Assembly: GCF_006345805.1 (NCBI RefSeq)
Contig: NC_043006.1
Span: forward strand, 48,360,001-48,424,000
Direction: 5' to 3'
DNA from: Octopus sinensis
Lineage: Eukaryota
DNA: 64,000 nucleotides
Shown piece by piece: positions 1-14,052 of the stretch. The notes under the pieces are model-generated. The model was not told where the DNA came from, did no database searches, and worked only from the letters and a program-made list of their open reading frames with translations. Each line of letters begins with the position of its first letter. Positions within the stretch are counted from its first letter, which is position 1. The translations under genes and the position numbers were made by a program.

Positions 1-83
1 AATTGTTGATGATAATATTCTAAATGTTCTGTTTTAATTTTGTATGACAGTGTGTTTGTCTGTATGTGTGTGTGTGTGTGTGT

Positions 84-246
84 GTGTGTTTCCCACCACC
101 TCCGCCATTTGACAACCGATGTTGATGTGTTTGCGTCCCCGTATTTTAGCGCTTTTGAAAAAGCGGCCGATAGAATAAGTAGCAAGGCGGTTCCCCAGCA
201 TGGCCACAGTCTAATGACTGAAACAAGTAAAAGATAAAAGATAAAA
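84..246 (+). mobile_element. SINE family A, 3' half
   Basis: ttgacaaccgatg..gtgtttgcgtccccgt..ccgatagaataagt..ggcggttccccagcatggccacagtc..tgactgaaacaagtaaaaga matches the 3' half of the full copy at 28596-29012. Confidence 0.85.
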
Positions 247-397
247 TACGTATGTATAATATATATATGTGGATATATATACAGAGAGAGAGAGACAGAT
301 AGACTGAAAAAGTGATAGATAGATAGCGAATTAGATATACACAATGTTGCATTTATATATTTGCATATGCATACACACTCAAACGTACAGATATAGT

Positions 398-466
<69 letters not shown>

Positions 467-470
467 ATAT

Positions 471-754
471 CACTGTGATCACCGTGACCGACCAGGCTAT
501 CAGATGTTGTAACACATCGCTGGTCACAATGCGCTTCGCATTGTTTTAGCCTTCAAATGACACCACCCCGTTGGCTAAGCGAGTAGAAAGAGTGAGAGAA
601 AGTTGTGGCGAAAGAGTACAGCAGGGATCGCCACCTCCATAGTGGAGCTTTAGGTGTTTTTGCTCAATAAGCACTCACAACGCCCGGTCTGGGAATCGAA
701 AACGTGATCCTACGACCGCTAGTCCGCTGCCCTAACCACTGGGTCATTGCGCCT

Positions 755-757
<3 letters not shown>
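471..757 (-). mobile_element. SINE family C (tRNA-Arg-like head), internally deleted, in a TA/CA microsatellite
   Basis: Reverse complement starts gtggaggcgcaatgacccagtggttagggcagcggact..gtttcgattccc (A and B boxes); same head as 51478 and 42568. Confidence 0.85.
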
Positions 758-808
<51 letters not shown>

Positions 809-927
809 TGGTCTGCTCACTTAGCCAGCGGGGTGGCGTCATTCGAAGGCTAAAACAATGTGAACGCATTGTGACCAGCGATGTGTAACTACATCTGATG
901 GACTGGTCGGTCACGTGACCATGGTGA
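809..927 (+). mobile_element. SINE family C 3' tail fragment
   Basis: Inverted homolog of 471-585 (cattgtgaccagcgatgtgt..acatctgat..ctggtcggtcacg), flanked by (TA)n. Confidence 0.75.
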
Positions 928-1090
928 GATATATATATATATACATATATACATTTACATATAGATGCATGTATATATATGCACATTTATATGTATATTT
1001 ATACACATATATACGTATATATGTATATATGATACATGTATATATGTGTGTATATATAGTGTATATTATATATATATATATATATATAAT

Positions 1091-1127
<37 letters not shown>

Positions 1128-2313
1128 GCGTGTGTGTGTGTGTATGTGGCAGGCATACACGCATATAGACTGTAGAATTAATTGCCTCTGTATATGTGAG
1201 TCTGTGTCTGCGTATTCCTAGTTCTCAAATGACTTACGCCATATCTGCTGCATATTCATTTCTCTACCCCCACTTTTCTCTCCCTCTCCTTCTTACTCTC
1301 CCCCCTCTCTCTCTCTCTCTCTCCCTGTATTTTTTTTATATTTCATCATCTCCTACTACAGATAAATCTCCTGATATATATTTGACTCTATATTTGCATG
1401 AATAAGTTCATTCTTTTCAAAAAAAATTTTTCCGATATGCATGTTTGTATATACCATTAATGTTTTCCGCTGGAACAGACAGTCTACTCAGCCTCATTAT
1501 TATTATTATATATTTATTTAATTTCCTCCTCTTTTTTTTTTTTTTTTTTTTTGCTCCCTTCACTGACTGAAAAAAAATTCCCACCATGTTCAATCCCTGA
1601 AGGTGTACAAGGAACGCCTTGCATATTTAGAATTTAGGTGATCAGTTTATCATAAAGATTTCAGAAAGGGTTAATACATTCCCAGTTGATACTGACAGCC
1701 AATAATTTCCTTTAGCTTCGCTCTACATACCTTCAGCTATCATGCATTATTTTGTTTTGGGGATTTTTTTTTCTCTGAGCCTCATACAGTTTCTGGCTTT
1801 GTAGCCAAAGATAATTTTTTTCTTTGTGTTCAGTGGAAAGAAAAAGAAAGAAAAAAAAACAGAATAATAACTTGTCAATAATATGTGATTGAGTTATCAT
1901 ATGGCTGCAAATTTAATTCATGCTTTTAAGCAATTCAGTTCGTTTGAGGCGGCTGACATTGTTCATTTGCAAATGTCAACAAGTGTTCCTGAATTAACAG
2001 AGCAAAATAATGTAATAATTCTTGCTTAAAATGCATTTAAATGTTAGTCTGAAGGCGTGGTTGGTTGACTAACTGGCAATGGCTGTTGTTTTTGATGTTG
2101 CTGGTTATGGTAGTAGAAGTGGCGGTAGTGACGGTGGTGGTAGTGGTGGTGGTGGTGATGGCGTGTTTAGAGACATTGCTGTGGTACAAGGAAATCCAGA
2201 CGCCCAGTCTTCAAGGTGGCGTCATTGGTAACAGTGATTATTTAAGCATTGCAATTCGTTGACATGTAGACATAATACATGCAAGCGTACACAAATACAT
2301 GTGTGTGAGATTG

Positions 2314-2374
<61 letters not shown>

Positions 2375-2394
2375 CGGCGTGTGTGCGAGTGTAT

Positions 2395-2606
2395 GTTTGT
2401 ATGTCTGTGTTTGTCGCCCCAACATCGCTTGACAACCGTTATTGGTGTGTTTACGTCCCCGTAACTTAGCGGTTCGGCTGAACAGACTTATAGAATAAGT
2501 ACTGGGCTTACAAAGAATAAGTCTTGGGGTCGATTTCTTCGACTAAAGGCAGTACCCCAGCATGGCCGCAGTCAAATGACTGAAACAAATAAAAGAGTAA
2601 AAGAAA
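2395..2606 (+). mobile_element. SINE family A, 3' half
   Basis: caacatcgcttgacaacc..cccgtaacttagcggttcggc..gactaaaggc..cagcatggccgcagtcaaatgactgaaac. Confidence 0.85.
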
Positions 2607-2637
2607 GATGCCTTTGAACTTTTAGACATTCCATGTC

Positions 2638-2804
2638 CACTAGCGTAGCTAGGGCGGAGCGGTAGGGGCCGTCCACACCGGGCAGCACTTTTAAAGGGGC
2701 GGCACTTTTGGATCTGCTGTAGGCGATATGTGTTTTTTGTCGGGTGCGAGGGCCGGCAAACGGAAGGGCCACTCCGAGTGGCACACATTCTAGCAATGCT
2801 AATG
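2638..2804. mobile_element. hAT-type MITE
   Basis: Imperfect TIRs cactagcgtagctag / ctagcaatgctaatg; 8-bp TSD tccatgtc / cccatgtc; GC-rich body. Confidence 0.7.
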
Positions 2805-2918
2805 CCCATGTCCAAACTGGAGTAATTTTGACAACCTTCGTCGTGTAAAATAGTTGTTTGTAAAAGAGACCTTAAGGATTAAAAGATATTGTACGATAAA
2901 TTTAATTTCCTTCTTGAT

Positions 2919-3198
2919 TAGTGTTTCTTAACCTATTTTCCCCAGGCCCCACTATATCTTTCCATAAAAATGTATGCTCCACCGGATGTTGGAAAAATAA
3001 AAGAGAAACAATCTTATTTTTTTAATGATATTTCACAATTATTTAATACAAAATAATCTACCGGTTACTCTTTTATTAAAGTACTGAATAAAAAAGAAAA
3101 GTACAATATTGATTAAGAAATTCAAATCTTGTGCGTGGCGACTACGACAACAGCCTCCAGCACAATTTTCCCAGGTCCCATTGATGGGAAAATCACTG
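2919..3198. mobile_element. hAT-Charlie-like MITE
   Basis: Ends tagtgtttcttaacc ... gggaaaatcactg; flanks ttcttgat / gtctagat fit the Charlie NTCTAGAN target. Confidence 0.6.
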
Positions 3199-3255
3199 GT
3201 CTAGATGGTCTGAGATTTCATCAAGTAATTTATTAAGCAACAACTCTGTATCTCC

Positions 3256-3611
<356 letters not shown>

Positions 3612-4738
3612 TGTGTATCCCTGCTTGCTTTTGCCTTACTCTGTTCATTCGGTTTTTTGTTGTGCTCAATCTCAGCCGCGTTTTAAATATTTTGTACGTG
3701 CGCGTGTGTGTTCGTGTGTATATGTGTGCCTTTATTTTAGCAAACTGTATATGTATATTTTTAAGAATGAAACTGCTTAAATGTCTTGTTTGAGATAAAT
3801 TATGTAGTAGTGATGATATCGTAAATAAGCCGCTAACAATATAAGCACTACTAACACAACGCCCAACACGTAGGATTGTCCATGCATTAAATATCAAAAT
3901 AGACGAGTGTGGAGTATATAAACGTACATACAATTTTAAACTGCAATTTGAGAACGTATTTTCTAAATTCTTCAAACTACTCTTTGAAAACAAACTGTTT
4001 TGATAAGAACAATTATTGAATTACTAAACGAGAACCACACAGTTCGACAACAAAACGAGAAAAATGATAGCAGCGTTCTGTGTAGGATTGGCCGTTTAGA
4101 TAGCATTATAACGTATAAAAGGAATCGTATGCCAAATGGTCTGCAAATGTATTTGATGACGAGTTGTTTTAAACATAGGGGGATACTAGAGATCAAATTT
4201 TTGAGAAGAAATTGATAATCTTGAAACGGTGATACAAGTGGCTGTGTGAGAAACTTACTGAAAATGATGACAACAACCACTAACTGTCAAGTTAGCTTTG
4301 ATTTAGCAAGCTATATACTGAAGAATGAAAAAATACCCTACATTACTAAAAGAGCCAATTTCACAAATCTTAAAACCGAGGTCTAAAATTTGGAATAAAA
4401 TTCATGGTTTCCTATAATGTATTGTGTCTGAATATTATTAGGAATGTATATGTACAAAAGTCAATGGCTGAATATGTTTATAACATAAAATAATGCGTGA
4501 GCATTAAAAGTAATAGATGCACTTTCAAATTTAAATTATTTTCTTATGGTATTGCGAGATACTTATATAAAGGCACCTCAAAAAGTAAATGTTGGCTACT
4601 AGCACTCAAGATGTAGATGCTGTGCAGCCCACATGTTCGTACATTAAGTAAAACACATAAATACATGTAAATAGAACTTACAAATAACAAATTTTAAACC
4701 AAGAATATATATGCGTCTGTGTGTGTGTGGGAGGGGGT

Positions 4739-4989
4739 GTATTGTTGTATTTCGGAACGGTCATTCTGTTTTGCCATTTAAGCACATGCACTATATATAT
4801 TCTTTTTACCTCGTTTATTACTGTTCTTATTTTATTATGTTAACTCATGTCCATTGTGCGGAAACATTTCGTCACACGTCTGTGACCTCTTCAGCGACAC
4901 TTTTCGTTTTCATGTGTGACGAAAGATTTCCAGACAATTGACAAGCGTTAAAATAATAAAGTAAGAACAGCCATAATCGAATGAAGAAA

Positions 4990-5049
<60 letters not shown>

Positions 5050-5101
5050 CGCGTGTGTTTATTTGGCAAGAAAAAAAGACCGTACCGAAATACAACAATA
5101 T
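4739..5101. mobile_element. Foldback Penelope-like/retrozyme-like element
   Basis: 4739-4877 is an imperfect inverted repeat of 4914-5101; contains a hammerhead motif. Confidence 0.6.
4856..4900 (-). ncRNA. Type I hammerhead ribozyme motif (partly decayed)
   Basis: rc: gtgtcg CTGAAGA g gtcaca-gacg-tgtgac GAAA tgtt TC cgcac. Confidence 0.6.
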
Positions 5102-5514
5102 CTGTTTCAAAACACAATTTCACATCAGGAATCTTGCAAAACGAATTGCTATATATATATGTGTGTGTAGTTGGAATTTACAGAAAAACAAAGACGAAAA
5201 CAGATGTCAACTTGGTTCATCAAGTCTTAATTTCATATTTTTCATTTCACAACAGATTTTCACTGAAGCTTTTATCTCCTCTGAACAGTGTCCTAACCAC
5301 GTACCTGTAGATGATCTTTATTCATTCTGTCCAGCTTTTGTCTGTATTTAGCAGATACTCTGCTAGGAATGTTTCGCCAATAACATTTTTATTGGAATGT
5401 ATACATATCCTAAATTTCACTTAGTTGTTTCACGCTTAGCCTAGGGCTGTTCTTTTTACAATTGCAAAGTATATTTGTTATTACAAAATCTTAAAACCGC
5501 AAAGTCCAATAATA

Positions 5515-5997
5515 TATTGGTTTCAAATTTTGGCACAAGGACAGCATGTTTGATGGTAGGGGAAAAGTCAAATGACTCTTCCAGCTGGCCATCTTAAATA
5601 TCGGATAATATATTGAGTTCAAATTTAGGCAGAAGGCCAGTGTTCAATTGGTACTTATCTTATCGACCCCCAAAGGATGAAAAGCAAACTTAAACTTGGC
5701 GAAATTTGAGCCCCGGCGTAAAGACGGACAAGCATTTGCCCGATGCGCTAACGAAACTTCCAGCTGGCCATCTCAAAAGTCGGATGATATATTGATTTCA
5801 AATTTAGGCACAAAGCCAGCAAATTCTGAGGTGAAATCTAATCGATTACATCGATCCCGTGCTCATCTGATACTTATTTTATCAACCTCGAAAGGATGAA
5901 AGATAAAGTCGACCACGGCGGAATTTGAACTCAGAACGAAGCGACGGACGAAACACCCCTAAGCTTTTCGCCCGGCGTGGTAACGATTCTGCCTGCC
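5515..5997 (-). mobile_element. Cluster of diverged SINE family B copies
   Basis: Repeated ggtacttat..tatcgacccc..aaaggatgaaa..aaagtcgac..ggcggaatttgaactcagaac. Confidence 0.75.
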
Positions 5998-6789
5998 GTA
6001 CAATCACAAAACAAATTGATTGCATTTTGTGGCATCTCCTGTAAAAGAACATCACATAATTGGTATCTTGTAGCTACCGCTTGTTGTGGTGTTGCGAAAG
6101 CTTTCACTGTAACGGTTAATTACGAGAGAGGTTACACTTCCTGCTAATGTTGGATTAAAGAACTAATTTATAATATTTCGTAGTTATGCAAACTATTTGC
6201 TCTCTAGTTCTCCGTTTAATAGTTCTGGTGCTGCATAAGCAATGATCAAGCACTTTGATTCCAGAAAAGATCACTCACGCTTCACAAAACATTTTTTTCT
6301 CCTACATAACACTTAATTGGTGGATTTGAGTTTGCTGTTGTTATTAACAAGTATCATTTAAGTGATACCATTTAACGCTTAAAGGTTGCTAAGAGTGGCT
6401 TGCATCTTTTTTTTTCTAATATTTCTTTTCTGCTTTTCATTCTGAGACAGCGTTTATTAATATTGTTGTTTTAAAAGCTTCCAAATGAAATCATTTGGAA
6501 TGATGTCAATCCAAATGACTTCAATACAGGAAGTTTTCCTGCTCTCAGTTATAAAATCTGTTCAAATTTAATAGCTGAGCACAGGAAAAAACATTGATAA
6601 TAAAATCTGATTGCTTTTTATAATGGTGCTTGTTTTTTTCTCTCGCTTTTTAACGTTGATCTTTAGGTTGTCAGTAAAAGAATTAATATATTCTTTTGTT
6701 ATGGGTGTAGTACACTCTAATTCACGTGACTTTTATATGTCTTGGCAGTGGATTGTGTGTCAAGATAAACAACAGAGATAGAGAGGGGG

Positions 6790-7172
6790 AAATACCTATT
6801 TCTCTACTACCCACAAGCACAGAGAGGACAAACAAGGACAGACAAACGGTTTAAGACGATTAGATCGACCCCAGTGCATAACTGGTACTTATTGAATCGA
6901 TCCCGAAAGGATGAAAGGCAAAGTCAGCCTTGGCGGAATTTGAAACCAGAACGCAACGGCAGACAAAATACCTATTTCTTTACTACCCACAAGGGACTAA
7001 ACACAGAGAGGACAAACAAGGACAGACAAACGGATTAAGTGCATAACATCGACCCCAGTACGTAACTGGTACTTAATTTATCGACCCTGAAAGGATGAAA
7101 GGCAAATGCGACCTCCTCGGAATTTGAACTCAGAACGTAACGGCAGACGAACTACGGCTACGCATTTCGCTG
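6790..7172 (-). mobile_element. SINE family B tandem (head-core-tailA-core-tailA)
   Basis: Two cores and two ctacccacaaggg..ggacaaacaaggacagacaaacgg tails joined at aaatacc. Confidence 0.85.
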
Positions 7173-7575
7173 CCGTACACACATCTTGTATATGTGTCAT
7201 TGTATTGGCGGATGTGTTTGTATATGCGTGACAGTGAGTCATGTTTGCTTCTGATTGTTACTGGTTTCTGGCATTGCGGACCAGTTCCTTTCTCGTAGTC
7301 TGTGCGTGTTCATGCTTTCATAAATTTGGGTGCAGGCAACTGCCAACCAAAGCGATATTTCTCAGGTTTCTAGTTTGGTGGGGCTCCGACAATTTCAACA
7401 TGCATATGATATATTTTCAGCATCGCTTCAATTAACTACTATTTTCTTTATCCTCATTTTTTTTTTAATCTCTGAGAACGTATTAACATTTACTTCTGTT
7501 TATCATGAGTTTGGTTTTGACGCATCCCTTTTTATGAAGCACGAATCTGTTTCAGTACTGAAACGAAGAAGAAAA

Positions 7576-7969
7576 AGTGGCTGTGTGGTAAGTAGCTTGC
7601 TCACCAACCACATGTATCCGCGTTCAGTCCCACTGCGTAGCACTTTGAGCAAGAGTCTTCTACTATAGCCTCGGGCCGACCAAAGCCTTGTGAGTGGATT
7701 TGGTAGACGGAAACTGAAAGAAGCCCGTCGTATATATGAATTATATATATATATAAATATGTATGTTTGTGTGTCTGTGTTTGTCCCCCCAACATCACTT
7801 GACAACCGATGCTGGTGTGTTTACGTACCCGTAACTTAGCGGTTCGGCTAAAGAAAACGGTAGAATAAGTAATAGGCTTACAAAGAATAAGACCTGGGGT
7901 CGATTTGCCCGACTAAAGGCGGTGCTCCAGCATGGCCACAGTCACATGACTGAAGCAAGTAAAAGAGTA
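7576..7969 (+). mobile_element. SINE family A, full length
   Basis: Head agtggctgtgtggtaagtagcttgc..gttcagtcccactgcg; internal (TA)n; tail ..tgactgaagcaagtaaaagagta. Confidence 0.9.
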
Positions 7970-8104
7970 TTAGTTATTAGTTGGAAACTGGTTAATTTTT
8001 GCTGTTCAGAATCTAGCAATAATCCATGTTCAATTCCATTTTCCTTGTTTGCCTATACAGGGAAGGGGGAAAAAGCCTTCACTACCAATTATATTGAATA
8101 TACC

Positions 8105-9940
8105 TTTCTATACTAGGAACAAGGCCCGAAATTATGGGGAAGTAGGGCAATTGATTAGATCGACCCCAATACGTAAATGGTACTTAATTTCTCCACCACG
8201 AAAGGATAAAAGGGGGAAAGTCGACCTCGGCGGAATTTGAACTCAGCGTGTAGAGACAGACGAAATACTGCTAAGCATTTCGCCGAGCGTGCTACCGTTT
8301 CTGCAACCTTGCTTAAAGACTAATATTAAATTAAATACGATCTAAAGCTGCAAATTAAGCAAATTTTGCATGGTGGTAGAGTTACGAAAATATACAAGAC
8401 TTTCCTAAAAGTTTAGAATATAGGACGATATATTTGTCATAAAATTGCGATTGTGGGATTGTAGTAATTAGTTGAAAAACCAATCCTGAACTTTGGAAGG
8501 TAAATTCGGAGAAATATTCTTTCCTACTCAAGGTACAAGGCCAGAAATTTGGTGGGGGCAGTCGATTAGAACGATGCCAGTACGGAACTGGTACTTAATT
8601 TGTTGACCCCGAGAGGATGAAAGGCAAAACCGACCTTGGCGGAATTTGAACTCAGAACATAAAGACACAAAATACAGCTACGCATTTCGTCCGGCGTGCC
8701 AACGCTTCATATTTCTTTATTGCCCACAGGGGGCTAAACACAAACGGGACACACAAGGACAGACAAAGGAACTAAGTCGATTATATCGATCCCAGTGTGT
8801 GACTGTTGCTTATCTAATCGACTCCGACAGGATGAAAGGCAAAGTCGACCTCGGCGGAATTTGAACTCAGAACGTAAAGACAGATAACATGCCACTAGGC
8901 ATTTAGCCTAGCGTGCAAACGTTTCTTATTTCTTTACTGCCCACAAGGGGCTACCCATAGAGGGGACAAACAAGAACAAACAAACGGATAAACTCAATTA
9001 TATCTACTTCAGTATGTAACTGGTACTTATTAAATCGACACCGAAAGGACAAAAGGCAGCAAAGTCGACCTTGGCAGAATTTGAATTCAGCACGTAAAGA
9101 CAGACGAAATAGTGCTAAGTATTTTACCCGGCATACTAACGTTTCTACCAGCTCGCCGCCTTACTTGAGGAATGACATTAATTCAAATAATAATGCAAAT
9201 TAAGCAAATTTTACATGGTGGTGGAGTTATGAGAATATACAGGACTTTCCTAAAAGTTTAGAATATAGGACGATATATTTGCTTTAAAATCACGATTGTA
9301 GGATTGTAGTAATTAGTTGAAAACCAATCCTAAACTTTAAAAGACAAATTCGGAGACATAATGCTTTCTACTCTAGGAACAAGGCTAAAAAATCGTGGGG
9401 AGGGGCTAGTCGATTAGATCGACCCCAGTACGTAACTGGTACTTAATTTATCGAACGCGAAAGGTTGGAAAGCAAAGTCGACATCGGCGGAATTTGAACT
9501 CAGAACATAGTCAGACAAAAATACCTATTTATTTACTACCCACAAGGGGCTAAACACAATCATGACAAACAAGGACAGACATACGGATTAAGTCGATTAA
9601 ACCGACCCCAGTGCATAACTGGTACTTATTTAATCGACCCCGAAAGGATGAAAGGCAAAGTCGACCTCGGCGGAATTTGAACTCAGAACGTAATGGCAGA
9701 CGAAATACCTACTTCTTTACTACTGACAAGGGGCTAAACACAGAGAGGACAAACAAGGACAGACAAACGGATTAAGTCGATTACATCGACTCCAGTGCCT
9801 AACTGGTACTTATTTAATCGATCTCGAAAGGATGAAAGGTAAATGCGACTTCGGCGGAATTTGAACACAGAACGTAACGGCAGACGAAATACGGCTACGC
9901 ATTTCGCCCGGCGTGCTAACGATTCAGCCAGCTCGCTGCC
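8105..9940 (-). mobile_element. Dense array of SINE family B copies
   Basis: At least seven cores (cgaaaggatgaaaggcaaagtcgacctcggcggaatttgaactcag) with tail A and tail B variants. Confidence 0.85.
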
Positions 9941-10339
9941 GTACACACACCTTGTATATGTGTCATTGTATTGGCGGGTGTGTTTGTATATGCGTGAGAG
10001 TGAGTCATGTTTGCTTCTGATTGTTACTGGTTTCTGGCATTGCGGACCAGTTCCTTTCTCGTAGTCTGTGCGTTTTCATGCTTTCATAATTTTGGGTGCG
10101 GGCAACCGCCAACCAAAGTGATATTTCTCAGGTTTCTAGTTTGGTGGGGCTCCGACAATTTCTACATGCATTTGATATATTTTCGGCATCTCTTCAATTA
10201 ACTACTATTTTCTTTACCCTCATTGTTTTTTCTCTGAGACCGGATTAACATTTACTTCTCTTTATTATGTGTTTGATTTTGACGCATCCCTATTTATGAA
10301 GTACGAATTTCTTTCGGTACTGAAACGAAGAAAAGAAAA

Positions 10340-10712
10340 AGTGGCTGTGTGGTAAGTAGCTTGCTTACCAACCACATGAATCTGGGTTCAGTCTCACTGC
10401 GTAGCACTTTGAGCAAGAGTCTTCTATAATAGCCTCGGACCGACCAGTTTTGTGAGTGGATTTGTTAGACGGAAACTGAAAGTCCATCGTATATATGTAT
10501 GTATGTATATGTATGTTTGTGTGTCTGTATTTGTCCCCCAACCTCACTTGACAACCGATGCTGGTGTGTTTACGTCTCCGTAACTTAGCGGTTCGGCAAA
10601 ATAAAACGGTAGAATAAGTAATAGGCTTACAAAGAATAAGGTCTGGGGTCGATTTGCCCGACTAAAGGTGGTGCTCCAGCATGGCCACAGTCACATGACT
10701 GAAACAAGTAAA
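10340..10712 (+). mobile_element. SINE family A (duplicate of 7576)
   Basis: Same element and flanks as 7576-7969. Confidence 0.9.
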
Positions 10713-10854
10713 TGCATATTAGTTATTAGTCGGAAACTGGTAAATTTTTGCTGTTCAGAATCTAGCAATAATCCATTTTCAATTCCCTTTTCCTCGTGTA
10801 CCAATACAGTGAGGGGAAAAAAAGCCATCGTTACCAATTATATTGAATATACTT

Positions 10855-11670
10855 TTCTACTCTAGGCACAAGGCCCGAAATTATGGGGAAGTAGGGCAAT
10901 CGTTTAGATCGACCCCAATACGTAAATGGTACATAATTTATCCACCCGGAAAGGATAAAAGGCAAAGTCGACCCCGGCGAAATTTGAACTCAGCACGTAA
11001 AGACAGACGAAATACCTATTTCTTGACTACCCAGAAGGGGCTAGACACAGAGAGGACAAACAAGGACAGACAAACGGATTAAGTCGATTACATCGATCCC
11101 AGTGCGTAACTGGTACTTAATTTATCGACCTCGAAAGGATGAAAGGCAAAGTCGACCTCGGCGGAATTTGAGCTCAGAACGTAGCGGCGGACGATATACT
11201 GCTAAGCATTTCGCCCGGCGTGCTACCGTTTCTGCCACCTTGCTTAAATACTAATATTAAATCAAATACGATCTAAAGCTGTACATTAAGCAAATTTTGC
11301 ATGGTGGTGGAGTTACGAAAATATACATGTCTTTTCCTAAAAGTTTAGAATGTAGGACGATATATTTGTTATAAAATTACGATAGTGGGATTGTAGCAAT
11401 TAGTTGAAAACCAATCCTAAAATTTGGTAGGTAAATTCGGAGAAATATTCTTTTTTACTCTAGGCACAAGGCCCGAAATTTTTGGTGAGGTGGGGGCCAG
11501 TCGATTAGAACGAACCAAGTACGCAACTGGTACTTAATTTATCGAACGCGAAAGGATGAAAGGCAAAGTCAACCTCGGCGGAATTTGAACTCAGAACGTA
11601 AAGACAGACAAAAATACTGCAAAGTATTTCGCCTGGCGTGCTTAACGTTTCTGCCAGGTCGTCGACTTTA
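10855..11670 (-). mobile_element. SINE family B copies
   Basis: Cores at ~10950, ~11130 and ~11550. Confidence 0.85.
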
Positions 11671-12161
11671 TCCGTTTGAATATTGAAGCCTCTTAACCTC
11701 AACAACAAATCATTTTCTGCTCTTTTACTAGATACCTCTTGACGCTATTTTCTTATCATCTGATATTTGTGGACGGTTAGTATACAATTCAACAAACATT
11801 TCTATGTTTAAACCTGATACAAGCTATACAAAATCCTCCTTTTAATTGAGTTAAGTGCTTCAGCACTTTATTTACTCATTAATAATCGCATTCTCTAATG
11901 GTATAGTCCTTCATCTGTTCCATGTGAATAAGTGCTTTTCCATCTTTCAATCTGACCCCATCCAATCCACTTAACCCTGTCTCAATAATAGCACAGGTAT
12001 CTAAATTACATTCGTCAAAATCTGCGGCATATGTATGGCTTGTGTTTATGTATGTTATGTATATACACACATATATATGTGTGTGTATGGGTGGGTGTCC
12101 GTGTGTATGTTCGTGCGTGTGTTTTCGTGTGTGTTCCTGTATACAAATATATATGCGTATA

Positions 12162-12208
<47 letters not shown>

Positions 12209-12265
12209 ATAGATGGACAGATAAATATACACAAACACACACATATATATATTTTATGTATATGC

Positions 12266-12315
<50 letters not shown>

Positions 12316-12542
12316 GCATACATATATATGTATATATAATGATAAACTTACTTGGAAATGGGTGCGTGGAGTTCAATCAATAATGTAGATATATACATAT
12401 ATATATATATAGTTATTGAAGTAGATAAATGAATTATCTTATTACGGATAATTCCGTATATATATGTATATATATATATATATTATATATATATTATATA
12501 TATATTATATATATATTATATATATATATATGTATGTATGTA

Positions 12543-12578
<36 letters not shown>

Positions 12579-12849
12579 TGTATGTATGTATGTATACAGA
12601 TATAGATATATAGATAGATATATATACATATATACAAATACATATACACATATACATATATACATATATATGCATATATATATTATTTATCTTATTATAT
12701 ATAATATATATTTGTATATAGATATATGTGTATATTAGTGTGTGTGTGTGTGTGTATACATAGATATATATGTATATTTATATATATATGTGTGGTGTTT
12801 CTGTCTGTGTATATATATATATATATATAATATATATAATATATATATA

Positions 12850-12891
<42 letters not shown>

Positions 12892-13621
12892 GTATGTATG
12901 TATATGAATATATGTGTGTGAGTGTGTGAATGTGTGTGTGTGTGTTTGTGTGAATGTGTGTGTGTGTGTGTGTGTGTATGCGTGTGGTTTAGATAACCAT
13001 TACAGCGCAAGTCGTAGAGGATTAACCTCAAAGTATATAGAACGGTTTAGGCATTTACCTTACGATTTAATATTGCGGCACTAAAACGCCTCTTTCAAAA
13101 GAGAAGATAAATTCTTAGTTTTGATCTGCTCAAATATATGTGTGGGAATTGGGATATGTGACAAACGTTGCGCTGATCTTCTCGGCTTCATTAGTAGCTA
13201 ATTAGCTTTACACAGATCTTGTATCTTGCTGCTTAAGTGATGAAATTTGTATTAATTAAATCCGTATATGAACAACGGACGTGATTTGCGTGATGCTAAT
13301 TGGATAATATAGTCCTACCAAACTGCGCATGTCACAAACCAACTTTCTTCACTCGCGCCTATCGATACTGATCAGGTCTAACTTTTAATAAAGGTTTTTT
13401 TAAAGCTGAAATACTGATGTATAAAGTGAAACTCTAAGCCGTTGATTTTATTTGGCTTCTGTTTCCTTCTGATTATTTCTTGTAGTAGCTTCCTAAAACA
13501 CCGTTTTAGTAGCAGCTTTCTAAAGTGCTTGTAGTAGCTTCCTAAAACACCTTTGACTCAACTCCATGTAGTTACATATAAATTATACTACACAAATATA
13601 CGTACAGAAATAGAGATATAT

Positions 13622-14052
13622 TCTTTTCTGTTCGAGGCACAAGGCCCGGAATTTTGCGGGAGGCGGTCTGTCGATTAGATCGACCCCGGTACGTAACTGG
13701 TACTTAATTTATCGACTCCTAAAGGATGAAAGGCAAAGTCGACCTCGGCGGAATTTGAACTCACACCACTAAGCACTTCGCCCGGTGTGCTAACGTTTCT
13801 ACTCTAGGCAGAAGGTCCGATATTTTGGGGAAAAAGGCCAGTCGATTAGATCGACTCCAGTGTGCAACCGGTACTTAAGTTATCGACCGCGAAAGGATGA
13901 AAGGTAAAGTCGACGTCAGCGAAATTTGAACTCAGAACGTAACGGCAGCCGAAAAAACGCTAAGCATTCCGCCCGGACAACGATTCTGCCAGCTCGCCGC
14001 CTTTTAAGCATTTCGCTCGGTATGGTAACGATTCTGCCAGCTCACCACCTTA
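13622..14052 (-). mobile_element. SINE family B tandem (tail B type)
   Basis: aggcacaaggcccg..gtcgattagatcgacccc..ctggtacttaatttatcgac.. occurs twice. Confidence 0.85.

Larger units (their letters stand above)
7171..11460. repeat. Tandem segmental duplication, period ~2.77 kb (7171-8520 vs 9937-11460)
   Basis: Unique sequence gccgtacacaca..gagtcatgtttgcttctgattgttactggtttctggcattgcggaccag.. plus the same SINE A copy occur in both units; a ~200-bp piece occurs three times (~8310, ~9170, ~11240). Confidence 0.9.

Noticed and set aside
471-927. Inverted repeat 471-585 / 815-927
   Set aside because: Explained by two oppositely oriented, diverged copies of the same SINE C tail.
1955-1982. cattgttcatttgcaaat Sox/POU-like composite in unique DNA
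   Set aside because: Non-canonical spacing, and short motifs arise by chance in AT-rich DNA; would need conservation data.
6790-11670. Regularly recurring ~60-bp motif superficially like a CRISPR array
   Set aside because: These are SINE cores with irregular spacing and homologous intervening sequence; eukaryotic context, no cas genes.
13035-13100. Minus-strand hammerhead-like ttgaaaga ggc..gcc taaa ccgt tc
   Set aside because: GAAA is mutated and there is no stem I pairing; too degenerate to call.
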